This document shows, one piece after another, positions 48,393 to 57,826 of a stretch of DNA of 64,000 bases; the first letter of the stretch is position 1; each line of letters opens with the position of its first letter. The DNA is taken from the NCBI GenBank assembly GCA_965200245.1, contig CBDATS010000004.1, forward strand, positions 864,001 through 928,000, written 5' to 3'. The notes beneath the pieces were generated by a model. The model ran no database searches, was not told the origin of the DNA, and was given only the letters and a program-made list of their open reading frames with translations. The position numbers were made by a program, and so were the translations under genes. The stretch comes from a bacterium. GTDB lineage: Bacteria > UBA8248.

Positions 48393-50619
48393 TCAACTCT
48401 CACACCTCACGTATATTGGACTCGACCAGGCCTGTCCCCCGTCGACTTGCAGGACGCACACCCAGTAGGGGTTGACGACTTCCGAAGAGGTGTCTTCGTC
48501 CGTGAACTGAAAGCGCGCGCTCCAGTCCCTGAGCGTCGACGCGACTTCGGATACCAGAACGCGGATGTTCACGCCGCCCGCTTCGATGATAGTTGGCTCC
48601 GCCGTTATCTCGCCGAGGGACAGTGAGAAACTCTTCACGTCGCTGAAAAAGGAAAGGCGTGCGTCCAGGGGGGGCGTCCAGGTCGATGAGTACGCCGTCG
48701 GGGTCGCCCGAGGTGGCTGTGACGAAGCGCAGCAGCTTGTTCGATACGCGGGTTACGACATCGTCGTACTGATCGAGTGCGTAGGGCGTGTGCGAAAGCA
48801 TGGCACCCTTGTCGAGCGCGATGCCGCCGCGCCATTCGACTTTCTTGTCGCGACCGCTTTTCTGTGTCACCCCACTCCACTGCACGCGGATTCGCCGCGT
48901 GCGACCGCCCTCGGTCGGCACACTCACCGGATGGCGGTGAATGGTCTGTGCCCCGCGTCTGAGTTCCACATCAAGCAAAGGCGCGGTACCGTGGACTTCC
49001 ACCCGAATCGCGGGCGGGCCTTGCACCTTGACCTCCTCCCCCATGAGAGCCTTGCCGCAGGAGGTTTTGAGATAGATGCGCTCTCCGTTCGTGGCGTAGG
49101 TCCTGCGTGAGCGCATCGCCTCCCAGACGGCTTCGCTCGTGAGTTCTTTGGCATACAGACCCATAAGGCCGCCCTTCACGTCGAAGGTGACGACGTTGTT
49201 CGAGCGTCGGTTGGGATAGACCAGCCCCTGGCGGCCCGTGTGGTCGTCGCTGCCACCGATGAAACCTACACAGAAGCCACGCGCGAGCACTTCCTCGGCG
49301 AACCATTCGAAGGTGCCGTGGTGCGAGTGGATTTCCGCCAGGTGAACGAATTCCGCGTCGAAGAAATCGAGGTTGCAGGCGCGGCCACCCACATGGGCGA
49401 CACTCATCACGTCCTTCCGGCCACGGAAGGTCTCCCAAAGGGCCGAGATGGGAAACCTGTCGTCCTTCACGTCTGAAAGGTCGTCTATCCCTGCATGAGA
49501 GCTTCTGTGGATGGTTCCTTCATCGCCTGCGTAGTAAATGTTGTAATCGCCTCCACCTGAGCGCGTGCCCGACCATTCGTAGCCCAGGAGGGTGACGAAG
49601 CGGCCCGGTTCGTTGAACGCCTTGCACCCGCGCACGACCTCCGCCCAGTCTTCCTTGCGGACGCGGAAATCGTTGCCCTGCCACGCGGCAATGTCCACGC
49701 CGGCCTTATCGCGTGCGAAGCGGAAATACTCCTCCACCGTGCCCGTGCCGACCGTGGAGCGCGTCTGTCCGTGAATGTCCCCCCAGAAGAGGGAGTAAGG
49801 ATCATCCGGTGTCCTCGGCAGAATCGGTGGGCTCAGGGAAACCAGCCCTGTCGGGTCTTCGAGCCGCATGCGATACGGCCCCTCGCCCGTCAGCCTCGCG
49901 CCGCCCAGGCGCTTGACACCGCCATCGCTGGCAGAAAACCCTACCTTGCCCGGGACCTGATTCCCCTCGCGCCAGTTCCTGAGACTTTTTTTGATCGACG
50001 CTTCCCCGATAAATTCGTCCGCCGGGTTTCCCCAGCTATCCACGCCACGCACGATGGTGGAGAATTCCTCGTCCTGAACGGGCGTCTGGGAACATACAAG
50101 ATGCCAGGTTTCGGGTGCACCGCCCACAACGCGGATTTCGGGATCCCTCTCAAGCTCATAGAAATGTTTGCGGTTAAAGGTATCCACAACGATCTTGAAT
50201 GTGTGGCGCGCTTCGGGGAACGTCTGCGCCCGGATTCCCGGCCCGCCACAGCTGGTGTCGCCAAGCACGAGCACGACCTCATCGCCTTCACAGAGATAGC
50301 CCTGCGCAATACGGATGGCGACGCCCGAGCGCCAATCGTCGAGATAGCCCTGTTCCTGATAGCTGAGAGTCAGGCCCACATCCTCGTTCGAGCACGTAAC
50401 GCTCACGTAGCCAGACGCCGCGGGGTCTTCGAACTGGGGTATCTCCATGTCGCTGGATAAACGTTTGCACACGAGTATCTGCGCACCCTCATCCACCCCG
50501 TAAGTGCCCGCCGTGAAGATTACCTTCCGCGTGAAAAACGCTCCCGCCACAATGGGGTCTTCGGGCTCCACGCGGGCCGTGCCGACATCGAAACGGTAGT
50601 GGTCTAATCGCTTGTCCAC
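48393..50619 (-). pseudogene. DUF3604-like (PHP-fold metallohydrolase) protein, frameshifted at a G7 run (48668-48674)
   Basis: FWGDIHGQT, FVTLLGYEWS, GFIGGSDDH, RRTYATNG; removing one base restores the C-terminal YWVCVLQVDGGQAWSSPIYV. Confidence 0.72.
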
Positions 50620-50677
50620 CAGGACGGTTCCTTACGATTCGTGTCATTCAAGGGCAAACGCCCCCGCCATTCGCTTT

Positions 50678-51433
50678 CTAACCCGCGTAGGAGCGGGCCT
50701 CGTCCACGAAGCGGGAAAAGAGTTGCGCCGCACCGTCCGCGTCGGCGTAGCCATAGGCCGACATGGATTCCGGATGCCACTGCACGCCCACGACGAACTG
50801 ATACGAGGGACACTCGACAGCTTCGATAATTCCGTCTTCGGTCCTGGCCGAAACACGCACGCCCGGTCCCACATCGCGTGCGCTCTGGTGGTGATGGCTG
50901 TTCACGACCGAGGAATCACCCATAATCTCGTTCAGGATGGACTCGCCTATGTCTATCTCGTGGAAGGTGTAGGTGCTCTCATCCGTATTCTCGGGACGGT
51001 GTGTAAGCGATTCCGGTACCTGGGAGGGGATGTCCTGATACAGCGTGCCGCCCGCCACGATGTTGACGACCTGCATGCCGCCGCAGATGCCGAGCACGGG
51101 CATATCGCGCGATACCGCCCCCCGGCAGGCGGCCATCTCCGCCGTCTCGCGCCTGGGATTCGTGGGACTGCACTCGGGCAACCGTTCCTCACCGTAGAGC
51201 ATCGGGTCGATGTCGTGCCCGCCACCCGAGATGATGAGGCCATCGATGCTGAGGAGCAGGGACAGGACCGCCTGCTCGTCATCCACCGCAGGGAGCAGCA
51301 GAGGCGCACCGCCCGCCTTGACCACGGACTCCACGTAGGCATCCATGAGCACGTGGCGGGGACGCACTTGGGGTTCTTCGGGGAAATTCCGCCTGCCGAC
51401 ATCGCAGGTGATTCCGATTTTCGGCCGCTTCAT
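50678..51433 (-). CDS. Gamma-glutamyl-gamma-aminobutyrate hydrolase family (peptidase C26, PuuD-like)
   Basis: RPKIGIT, AGGAP, DGLIISGG, PVLGICGG, VNSHHHQ, GVQWHPE. Confidence 0.9.
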   Translation of the reverse strand: MKRPKIGITCDVGRRNFPEEPQVRPRHVLMDAYVESVVKAGGAPLLLPAVDDEQAVLSLLLSIDGLIISGGGHDIDPMLYGEERLPECSPTNPRRETAEMAACRGAVSRDMPVLGICGGMQVVNIVAGGTLYQDIPSQVPESLTHRPENTDESTYTFHEIDIGESILNEIMGDSSVVNSHHHQSARDVGPGVRVSARTEDGIIEAVECPSYQFVVGVQWHPESMSAYGYADADGAAQLFSRFVDEARSYAG

Positions 51434-51648
51434 TCGCCGTCGCCTTCCTTGGAAAAAAATAAAATGTGACAGGAACCCGATCAAAAATGTTCGTATTTAC
51501 TGGACTGTAAACTCATATCACCACATTTCGCGCGAAACGAAAACCGCGCGCGCCCATCAGGCCGAAAACGAGCGCCTCGGCCCGGTGGCGAAAGGGTGGA
51601 TTCCGACGCTGACACCCTCTATATTTCAAAACAGGAGGTCGAGTAAAC

Positions 51649-51957
51649 GTGTTTCGCCTTTACTTCACACGGCTGGTTTTGCCCATCCTCTTCGTGGCGG
51701 GGATGGTGGCGATTCCCTTCGTCTGGCTACCCGACATCGCTCCGCCGGAGAAACCTCCCGCAGCAGGTGAGAAAGCGCCTGGCGCGGAAGAGGAAAAAAC
51801 CCGTCGTGCCACACCGTTTCAGAAGGCGATGACGATAGGGTTCGCGCTCATCCTGGTGTCGGTGACGGCGGGCGGCGTGATGCTCTACGGCATCACCCGG
51901 TCCCAAACGGCGAGCTGGCGGCGGCGTTTCGCGCCTCCCAGGCGTAAAGAGCGTTGA
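51649..51957 (+). CDS. Small two-TM hypothetical membrane protein
   Basis: AGGAGG RBS, GTG start, two hydrophobic segments separated by a Pro/Glu-rich loop. Confidence 0.5.
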   Translation: MFRLYFTRLVLPILFVAGMVAIPFVWLPDIAPPEKPPAAGEKAPGAEEEKTRRATPFQKAMTIGFALILVSVTAGGVMLYGITRSQTASWRRRFAPPRRKER

Positions 51958-51974
51958 GAGCAATTCAGAAAACC

Positions 51975-52002
51975 GCAGGGAACAGGTCGCGACCGTCTCC
52001 GC
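51975..52002. repeat. REP-like palindrome (ACAGGTCGCGAC core)
   Basis: GCAGGGAACAGGTCGCGACCGTCTCCGC between convergent genes. Confidence 0.55.
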
Positions 52003-52009
52003 AGAAAAC

Positions 52010-53236
52010 TCACTTCCCCTGTTTCCATATCCCAAGCGACGCGCCGCTCAGTACAGACGCTCCCGCAGCGTAGGCCAGGCACATGAGGGCGATGCTCTCC
52101 ACGCTGACTCGATAGTCTATCATCCAGCCAAATACAACGGGAGAGAGCGCCGTCGAAACCACCATGAACGAGGTGGCGAGCGAGCGGATGGCACCCAGGT
52201 TCTCCACCCCGTAGATCTCCGCCCAGATCGCCCCGCCGATGGTGATGCGCATGCCGACGGTGATCCCCGTCAGGCACAAATAAACGATGGCGGCGGACCA
52301 GTGGTCGAAACCCGCAAGCGCCAGAAGCCCGACGCACATGGGCGCCAGATGCCAGGGGAGGATTTTGACCGCGCCGACCCGATCGATCAGGGGCCCGGTG
52401 AGCAGCGTCAATGAAATCGAGGCAACCGTGTAGAGCGTATACATGCCCGTGAAGAAGGCGAGGCTCCACCCCTTGGCTTCCACCAGATGCGCCATGTGGA
52501 AGAAAAAGCCGGTGACGATGAACGAGGGGGCCAGAGAAACAGGCATGATGAGATAAAACCGCAGATCCTTGAGCACATCCTTCCTTCCCCATACCCCATG
52601 GGATACGGAGGCGGAAATCGATTCCGCCATGCGCGTCTTTTGGGCCAGATGCTCGTCTTCGTGTTCCGCAAGCAGCCACACGACGGCGGGAATCAGGATA
52701 ACGGCGGAGAAGGCCGCCATCACGAGCCAGACCTGCCGCCAGTGAAGCCACGCGGCCAGGGCGACCGCCACGAGCGCCATGACGGCCTGACCCGACGGCC
52801 CGCCCATCGAGATGATACTCACGGCGCGGCCCCGCTCGGCGGTAAAATGCCGCCCGATGCTCGTGACCGCCGTGTGCACCATCAGCCCCTGGCCGGTCAG
52901 GCGCAGGGCGAACAGAGCGAAGAGTAGTGCCCAGAAAAGGGGTGCCGCCGCCAACAAGACGCAGGAGGCGATTAAACCCGAGCAGACGAACAGGGCGAAA
53001 GTCTTGAGCCTGGTCCTGTCGATCAGGCGGCCCGCCCATATCAGGCACATGGCACTCGATACGGTGGCGGCACCGTATGCGAGGCCAAACTCCCCGTGCG
53101 AGAGCGAGAATGCGCTCCGGATATCCTTGTTGAACACGGCGATGAAATAAGACTGTCCGAAACACGAAAAGAACGTGAGCAAGAGGCCGAATGCCAGGAA
53201 GCGGCGGTTTTTCCACCCGAAGGAAAGATATTCCAA
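52010..53236 (-). CDS. MFS transporter
   Basis: About 12 TM segments, GRLIDR and GPLIDRVG MFS loop motifs. Confidence 0.9.
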   Translation of the reverse strand: MEYLSFGWKNRRFLAFGLLLTFFSCFGQSYFIAVFNKDIRSAFSLSHGEFGLAYGAATVSSAMCLIWAGRLIDRTRLKTFALFVCSGLIASCVLLAAAPLFWALLFALFALRLTGQGLMVHTAVTSIGRHFTAERGRAVSIISMGGPSGQAVMALVAVALAAWLHWRQVWLVMAAFSAVILIPAVVWLLAEHEDEHLAQKTRMAESISASVSHGVWGRKDVLKDLRFYLIMPVSLAPSFIVTGFFFHMAHLVEAKGWSLAFFTGMYTLYTVASISLTLLTGPLIDRVGAVKILPWHLAPMCVGLLALAGFDHWSAAIVYLCLTGITVGMRITIGGAIWAEIYGVENLGAIRSLATSFMVVSTALSPVVFGWMIDYRVSVESIALMCLAYAAGASVLSGASLGIWKQGK

Positions 53237-53350
53237 TGGCGACCTTCACGAGCAGGGTGCGGGGAAATGTCGATCCGAATTAAGTATAGCATGGGATTGG
53301 GGACATATACGCCTCGTGCGAACCAGCACCAAAACGACGACCACGGAGAT

Positions 53351-53382
53351 CCGCAGGGGCGGTTCGCGAACCGCTCCTGCGG
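53351..53382. repeat. REP-like near-perfect palindrome
   Basis: CCGCAGGGGCGGTTCGCGAACCGCTCCTGCGG, one mismatch; further degenerate palindromes to about 53465. Confidence 0.65.
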
Positions 53383-53583
53383 AAACCCATGTGAATGAAG
53401 CAAATCTGTAGCGGGGCGGCCCATTGCGGCCGCCCTCTGCCGGACAGGCACGGGTACTGTCTGCAGATGAAAGCAAATGTGTTGTGGAATTCCGAAGAGT
53501 GCACCAGATGTCCGTCTTGACATTCCAGCGAACCGTCTCATACCCTGAATCTACAGCCCCAACCATGGAGGTTTTGATTCGCC

Positions 53584-54270
53584 ATGCGATTCCAGATCGG
53601 TCTTCTTCTCTTTCCGAATCTCACCCAACTCGACATGACCGGCCCGTATGAGGTCTTCACCAAGTTCCCGGAGTCAGACGTTCATCTCATCTGGAAAACC
53701 CTGGACCCGGTAAAGGCCGGCGGCGGCATGCAACTTCTGCCGACCACGACCTTCGCGGAAAGTCCCGGGCTCGACCTCATCTGCATCCCGGGCGGTGCGG
53801 GCATGAACCCGCTGTTGAACGACGAAGAGACGCTTGGGTTCGTGCGCCGAATGGCGGCGGGGGCGCGTTACGTGGCCTCCGTGTGCACGGGGTCGCTCGT
53901 GCTGGGTGCCGCGGGGCTTCTGCAAGGCAAGCGCGCGACGACGCACTGGATGTCACTGCCGATGCTCGCCGCCTTTGGTTGTGAACCCGTGGCCGAGCGC
54001 GTGGTCGTTGACGGCAACGTGATCACCGGAGGGGGCGTCACGGCCGGAATCGATTTCGCCCTGACAGTGGCGGGGGAGTTGCTGGGGCCCGAAGCAGCCC
54101 GGAAGATACAACTCGGCATGGAGTATGACCCGCAGCCTCCCTTCGATGCGGGCTCTCCCGAGCGCGCGGAACCGGCTATGGTGGCCGCTGTCCGCGAGTC
54201 CGCCGCAGCGCGTCAAAGCGAACGGGAAGCGGCGGTCAATGAGGCGGCGGGAAAACTGAAAAGCGACTGA
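53584..54270 (+). CDS. inhA: DJ-1/PfpI family protein, isonitrile hydratase type
   Basis: LTQLDMTGP (Asp), SVCTGSLVLGAAGLL (Cys), ATTHW, TGGGVTAGIDFAL, QLGMEYDPQPPFDAGSP. Confidence 0.8.
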   Translation: MRFQIGLLLFPNLTQLDMTGPYEVFTKFPESDVHLIWKTLDPVKAGGGMQLLPTTTFAESPGLDLICIPGGAGMNPLLNDEETLGFVRRMAAGARYVASVCTGSLVLGAAGLLQGKRATTHWMSLPMLAAFGCEPVAERVVVDGNVITGGGVTAGIDFALTVAGELLGPEAARKIQLGMEYDPQPPFDAGSPERAEPAMVAAVRESAAARQSEREAAVNEAAGKLKSD

Positions 54271-54711
54271 TGCGGGTTGGAGAACCCCGCATTCCCGCCA
54301 GGGCGCGTATTCTTCCATCCCCTGATCGGAACGGCCTCAAGTAGCTCGAACCGCACCGAATACACACCCATGCATAGCGGCCGGAAAAGAGGCCGCCCTT
54401 GCGGGCGGTATCAAACCCGCCAAATACGAAATCGAACCCGACCCGTCTGGGAAGAATGAACGACCCATGAAGAAGGGATTGTGCATCCCTTCCGATTTCA
54501 GACCGGTGAGGTGGATACCCTGGAATCGCAAACGTTTCCTCACCACACGCCTGATGGTCATCGAACGACCCTTGCCGAACGATTTTGCCTCATTGTGGCG
54601 TTATGATAGATTTATTGTGTGAAAACATCGGTGCAAAACGGACTCCGGGAGAGGAGAATCTACTCCACGTCACTGCGCAGGATGCCGACGGAAAAACCCG
54701 AGGTCTCCCTC

Positions 54712-55614
54712 ATGAACCGAAGCCGGACAAAAAAATCCTACAACGCTCAGGACGTAAAGCACTTTGCTCGTGAGTTGGGCGCTGACCTTGTGGGGGTCAC
54801 TTCGGCGGAGGATTTCGCAGAGGCCTCGCCGGGCTGCCGCCCCAGGGACCTTTTCAGCATTGCGAACAGCGTTATCGTATTGGCCAAGCGTATTCCGTTC
54901 GCCGCGGCCACACCCTATCCCAGCATCGGCGCGATGGAATTCGGCGAATACATTCCAGAGAATTTCCTGAACGAAACCTGCTATCGCCTCTCACTTCTTC
55001 TGGAAGATGCCGGCTGGCTATCTGGCGCCACGCCATGCGGGCGCGATATCACGAATTTCCACGTGGAAGAAGAAAACCCGGAGCCCAAGGTATTCCTGCG
55101 AGGATCCTTCGACTTGAGGCTCGCGGCGGTTAAGGCCGGTATCGGCCATATCGGCACCAACAACTGTCTTATCACGCAGGAATACGGCTCCCGCGTTCGA
55201 CTGGGTGCAGTGCTCACCGAGGCGAATCTGGAGTCCGATGCGCCCAACCAATACGGTGAAGTACCCGATTTCTGCCATGAGTGCGGCTTTCGCTGCGTAG
55301 AAGCTTGTCCTGCGAACGCACTTTCCGGCAATGGCACAGTCGATCACTACCGCTGCATGGTCATACGCCCGGATTTGATCTCGACGGAAAAATCACTCGC
55401 CTATTTCAAAAAAATTTTCCGTGACAAACCCCTCATCATGGCCGCCAAGGGACTTTCCTACACCGACAGTCCACCACATCCATGCACCACCTGCATCTCC
55501 CTGTGTCCGATGGATCAGGGCCGCGATTTCGTGAACAAACCTTTTCACCGGGAATCCTGGTCCGATGAAGATGCGCTCAAGGTCCTGGATCCGACCCTGT
55601 TGGAGAATCCATAG
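54712..55614 (+). CDS. QueG/reductive-dehalogenase-fold protein with two predicted 4Fe-4S clusters (paralog 1)
   Basis: ARELGADLVGV, AAVKAGIGHIGTNNCLITQEYGSRVRLGAVLT, CHECGFRCVEACP, YRC...CTTCISLCP. Confidence 0.8.
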   Translation: MNRSRTKKSYNAQDVKHFARELGADLVGVTSAEDFAEASPGCRPRDLFSIANSVIVLAKRIPFAAATPYPSIGAMEFGEYIPENFLNETCYRLSLLLEDAGWLSGATPCGRDITNFHVEEENPEPKVFLRGSFDLRLAAVKAGIGHIGTNNCLITQEYGSRVRLGAVLTEANLESDAPNQYGEVPDFCHECGFRCVEACPANALSGNGTVDHYRCMVIRPDLISTEKSLAYFKKIFRDKPLIMAAKGLSYTDSPPHPCTTCISLCPMDQGRDFVNKPFHRESWSDEDALKVLDPTLLENP

Positions 55615-55615
55615 G

Positions 55616-56464
55616 ATGCAAAACCGCTCATACACCGCGATTTCTTCAGACAACGTCAAGACGCAGGCCCGTGAATTCGGCGCGGATCTTGTGGGTATTT
55701 CTTCATCTGAGGGTTTCGAGAAGGCCCTTCCGGGTTGCAAGCCCGGGGATTTGGTGAAGGATGCCAAAAGCGTTGTCGTCTTCGCACGTCGCATGCCCTT
55801 CGGCAACGCCACCTCCCGGCCAACCGTGAGTTATCTGGAATTCGGCTATTACGGGCACGAGGCCTGGATCAACAAACTCTCATACCGGCTGGCCCTCTGG
55901 CTGGAAGACAACGGTCACATGTCTCTCCCCACGCCTGCGGGGAGAGACATTCCCTCGCTCCGTATTCTTCGCGAAGGACCGGAACCCGAGGTTTTCATGC
56001 AAGGCTCCTTCGACTTGAGGCTGGCCGCGGTGAACGCGGGAATGGGCGAAATCGGCGTGAACAACAACCTGATCACCGCCGAATACGGCTCGCGCCTCAG
56101 GCTGGGAGCGGTCATCACGACGGCTGTGCTCGAACCTGATCCGCCCAAGCGATACGGCGTGGTGCCTGATTTCTGCGTGGAGTGCGGCTACAAGTGTATC
56201 AAGCCCTGTCCGGCGCACGCGCTGCCCGGAGACGGCGCGGTGGATCATTACAAGTGCATGGTGATGTATCCCCAAAAAGTCTCGCCGGAGAAGGCCGTCG
56301 ATGTCTTCAGGAAACGCTACGACCACCCGGAACTCCAGCTTGCCGGGCGAATGATGGCCTTTACCGACAACGCGCCGCACGTCTGCGCGACCTGTATCAC
56401 CCTGTGCCCGATGGGCGAAGCACGCCGCATCAAAGAGGAGGCGGCGGCGAACGGCAGGGACTGA
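55616..56464 (+). CDS. QueG/reductive-dehalogenase-fold protein with two predicted 4Fe-4S clusters (paralog 2)
   Basis: AREFGADLVGI, AAVNAGMGEIGVNNNLITAEYGSRLRLGAVIT, CVECGYKCIKPCP, YKC...CATCITLCP. Confidence 0.8.
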   Translation: MQNRSYTAISSDNVKTQAREFGADLVGISSSEGFEKALPGCKPGDLVKDAKSVVVFARRMPFGNATSRPTVSYLEFGYYGHEAWINKLSYRLALWLEDNGHMSLPTPAGRDIPSLRILREGPEPEVFMQGSFDLRLAAVNAGMGEIGVNNNLITAEYGSRLRLGAVITTAVLEPDPPKRYGVVPDFCVECGYKCIKPCPAHALPGDGAVDHYKCMVMYPQKVSPEKAVDVFRKRYDHPELQLAGRMMAFTDNAPHVCATCITLCPMGEARRIKEEAAANGRD

Positions 56465-56564
56465 CCGCTCGTTAACACAATGGAAAACACAACGAACCAC
56501 ATGTAAATTGCCTTTATCGGGATGCAGGAGAATGCATCTCGTTTTCTTTTCCCGGGAGTCTGCG

Positions 56565-57797
56565 ATGCCGAAACCGCTCGATGGGGTGCGGGTACTGGAT
56601 TTGACCCAGTTCTACTCGGGCCCCTGGGCTACGCTCCTGCTCGCGGGCCTGGGTGCCGAGGTCATCAAGGTGAACCATCCGGTCACGGGCGATGTGGTGG
56701 CCATGGGGCCTCCCTACGCCGGCCCCAGGGGCGTTTCCTTCCACCGCCAAAGCGAGGACGACCTGAGAATCGCCTATCTGAAGCGAACCCGCAACAAAAA
56801 ATCCCTGACTCTCGACCTGAAAGAGCCGCGTGGGCTGAATTTGTTCTATCAACTGGTGGATGAATCCGATGTGCTCGTCGAAAACTTTTCCGTGGGCGTG
56901 ACTGCGCGTCTCAAAATCGACTACGAGACACTTGAAAAGCGCAACCCGGGGCTCGTCTACTGCTCCATCACCGGCTATGGGCAGAACGGCCCCGACGCGC
57001 GATTAAAGGGCTACGACGCCGTCACCCAGGCGGTCTCGAGCCTCATGAACCTGACCGGCTTCCCCGACGGCCCTCCGACCAAGGCGGGCTCCGCCATCGC
57101 GGACAGCATCGGGGGCACATTCGCCTTCGGTGCCATCACCACGGCGCTTCTGCACCGCGAACGCACAGGCCAGGGCCAGTGGTTGGACATCTCCATGGTG
57201 GACTGCCTCTTGTCCCTCGTATTCGATGAGCCGATGGACTGCTACGAGGCGCTGGGGTTGCCCGATCGGCTGGGAAACCGCATCATGCGCCTATCCCCTT
57301 TCAACGCTTATGAGGCGCATGACGGATGGCTGGTCATCGGCTCGGGCACTGACCCCCACTGGAACAACATCCTGCGCGCTATCGGGCGCGAGGAACTGGT
57401 GGGTGATCCGCGCTACGAGGATCTGAGCGCCCGCATCACGCGCAACGACGAGGTGGACGCCGTCATCACCGAATGGACGAAAAGGCACACCGTGGAAGAA
57501 GCGCTTTCAGAACTACGCCGCTACGAGGTTATCTGCGGCCCTGTCCATACCATCAGGGATATCCTCGCGTGGCCGCACTTAAGGGCTCGGAACATGATAA
57601 AAGACCTCCCCCATCCCACGCTCGGTCCTCTTCGCGAAGTCAAGTCGGCCGCCTTTCCACTCAAATTCAGCAAAACCCCTGGCAGCTACGACACACCCGC
57701 TCCGCTGAGCGGCCGGCACACAGAGGAGATACTGTGCGACCTGCTCGGCCTCACGAAAGAAGAGATCGACATGCTCAAGGAAGACGGGGTTATCTAG
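56565..57797 (+). CDS. Family III (CaiB/BaiF) CoA-transferase
   Basis: PLDGVRVLDLTQ, GAEVIKV, RNKKSLTLDLK, DVLVENF, SITGYG, IADSIGG (catalytic Asp), GRHTEEIL. Confidence 0.93.
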   Translation: MPKPLDGVRVLDLTQFYSGPWATLLLAGLGAEVIKVNHPVTGDVVAMGPPYAGPRGVSFHRQSEDDLRIAYLKRTRNKKSLTLDLKEPRGLNLFYQLVDESDVLVENFSVGVTARLKIDYETLEKRNPGLVYCSITGYGQNGPDARLKGYDAVTQAVSSLMNLTGFPDGPPTKAGSAIADSIGGTFAFGAITTALLHRERTGQGQWLDISMVDCLLSLVFDEPMDCYEALGLPDRLGNRIMRLSPFNAYEAHDGWLVIGSGTDPHWNNILRAIGREELVGDPRYEDLSARITRNDEVDAVITEWTKRHTVEEALSELRRYEVICGPVHTIRDILAWPHLRARNMIKDLPHPTLGPLREVKSAAFPLKFSKTPGSYDTPAPLSGRHTEEILCDLLGLTKEEIDMLKEDGVI

Positions 57798-57826
57798 GAC
57801 AAGCCAGGAAAAACGACAGGTTCCGC

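Noticed and set aside
54712-56464. Calling the Fe-S pair queG or respiratory rdhA
   Set aside because: QueG catalytic motifs are absent, and there is no Tat signal or rdhB anchor gene.
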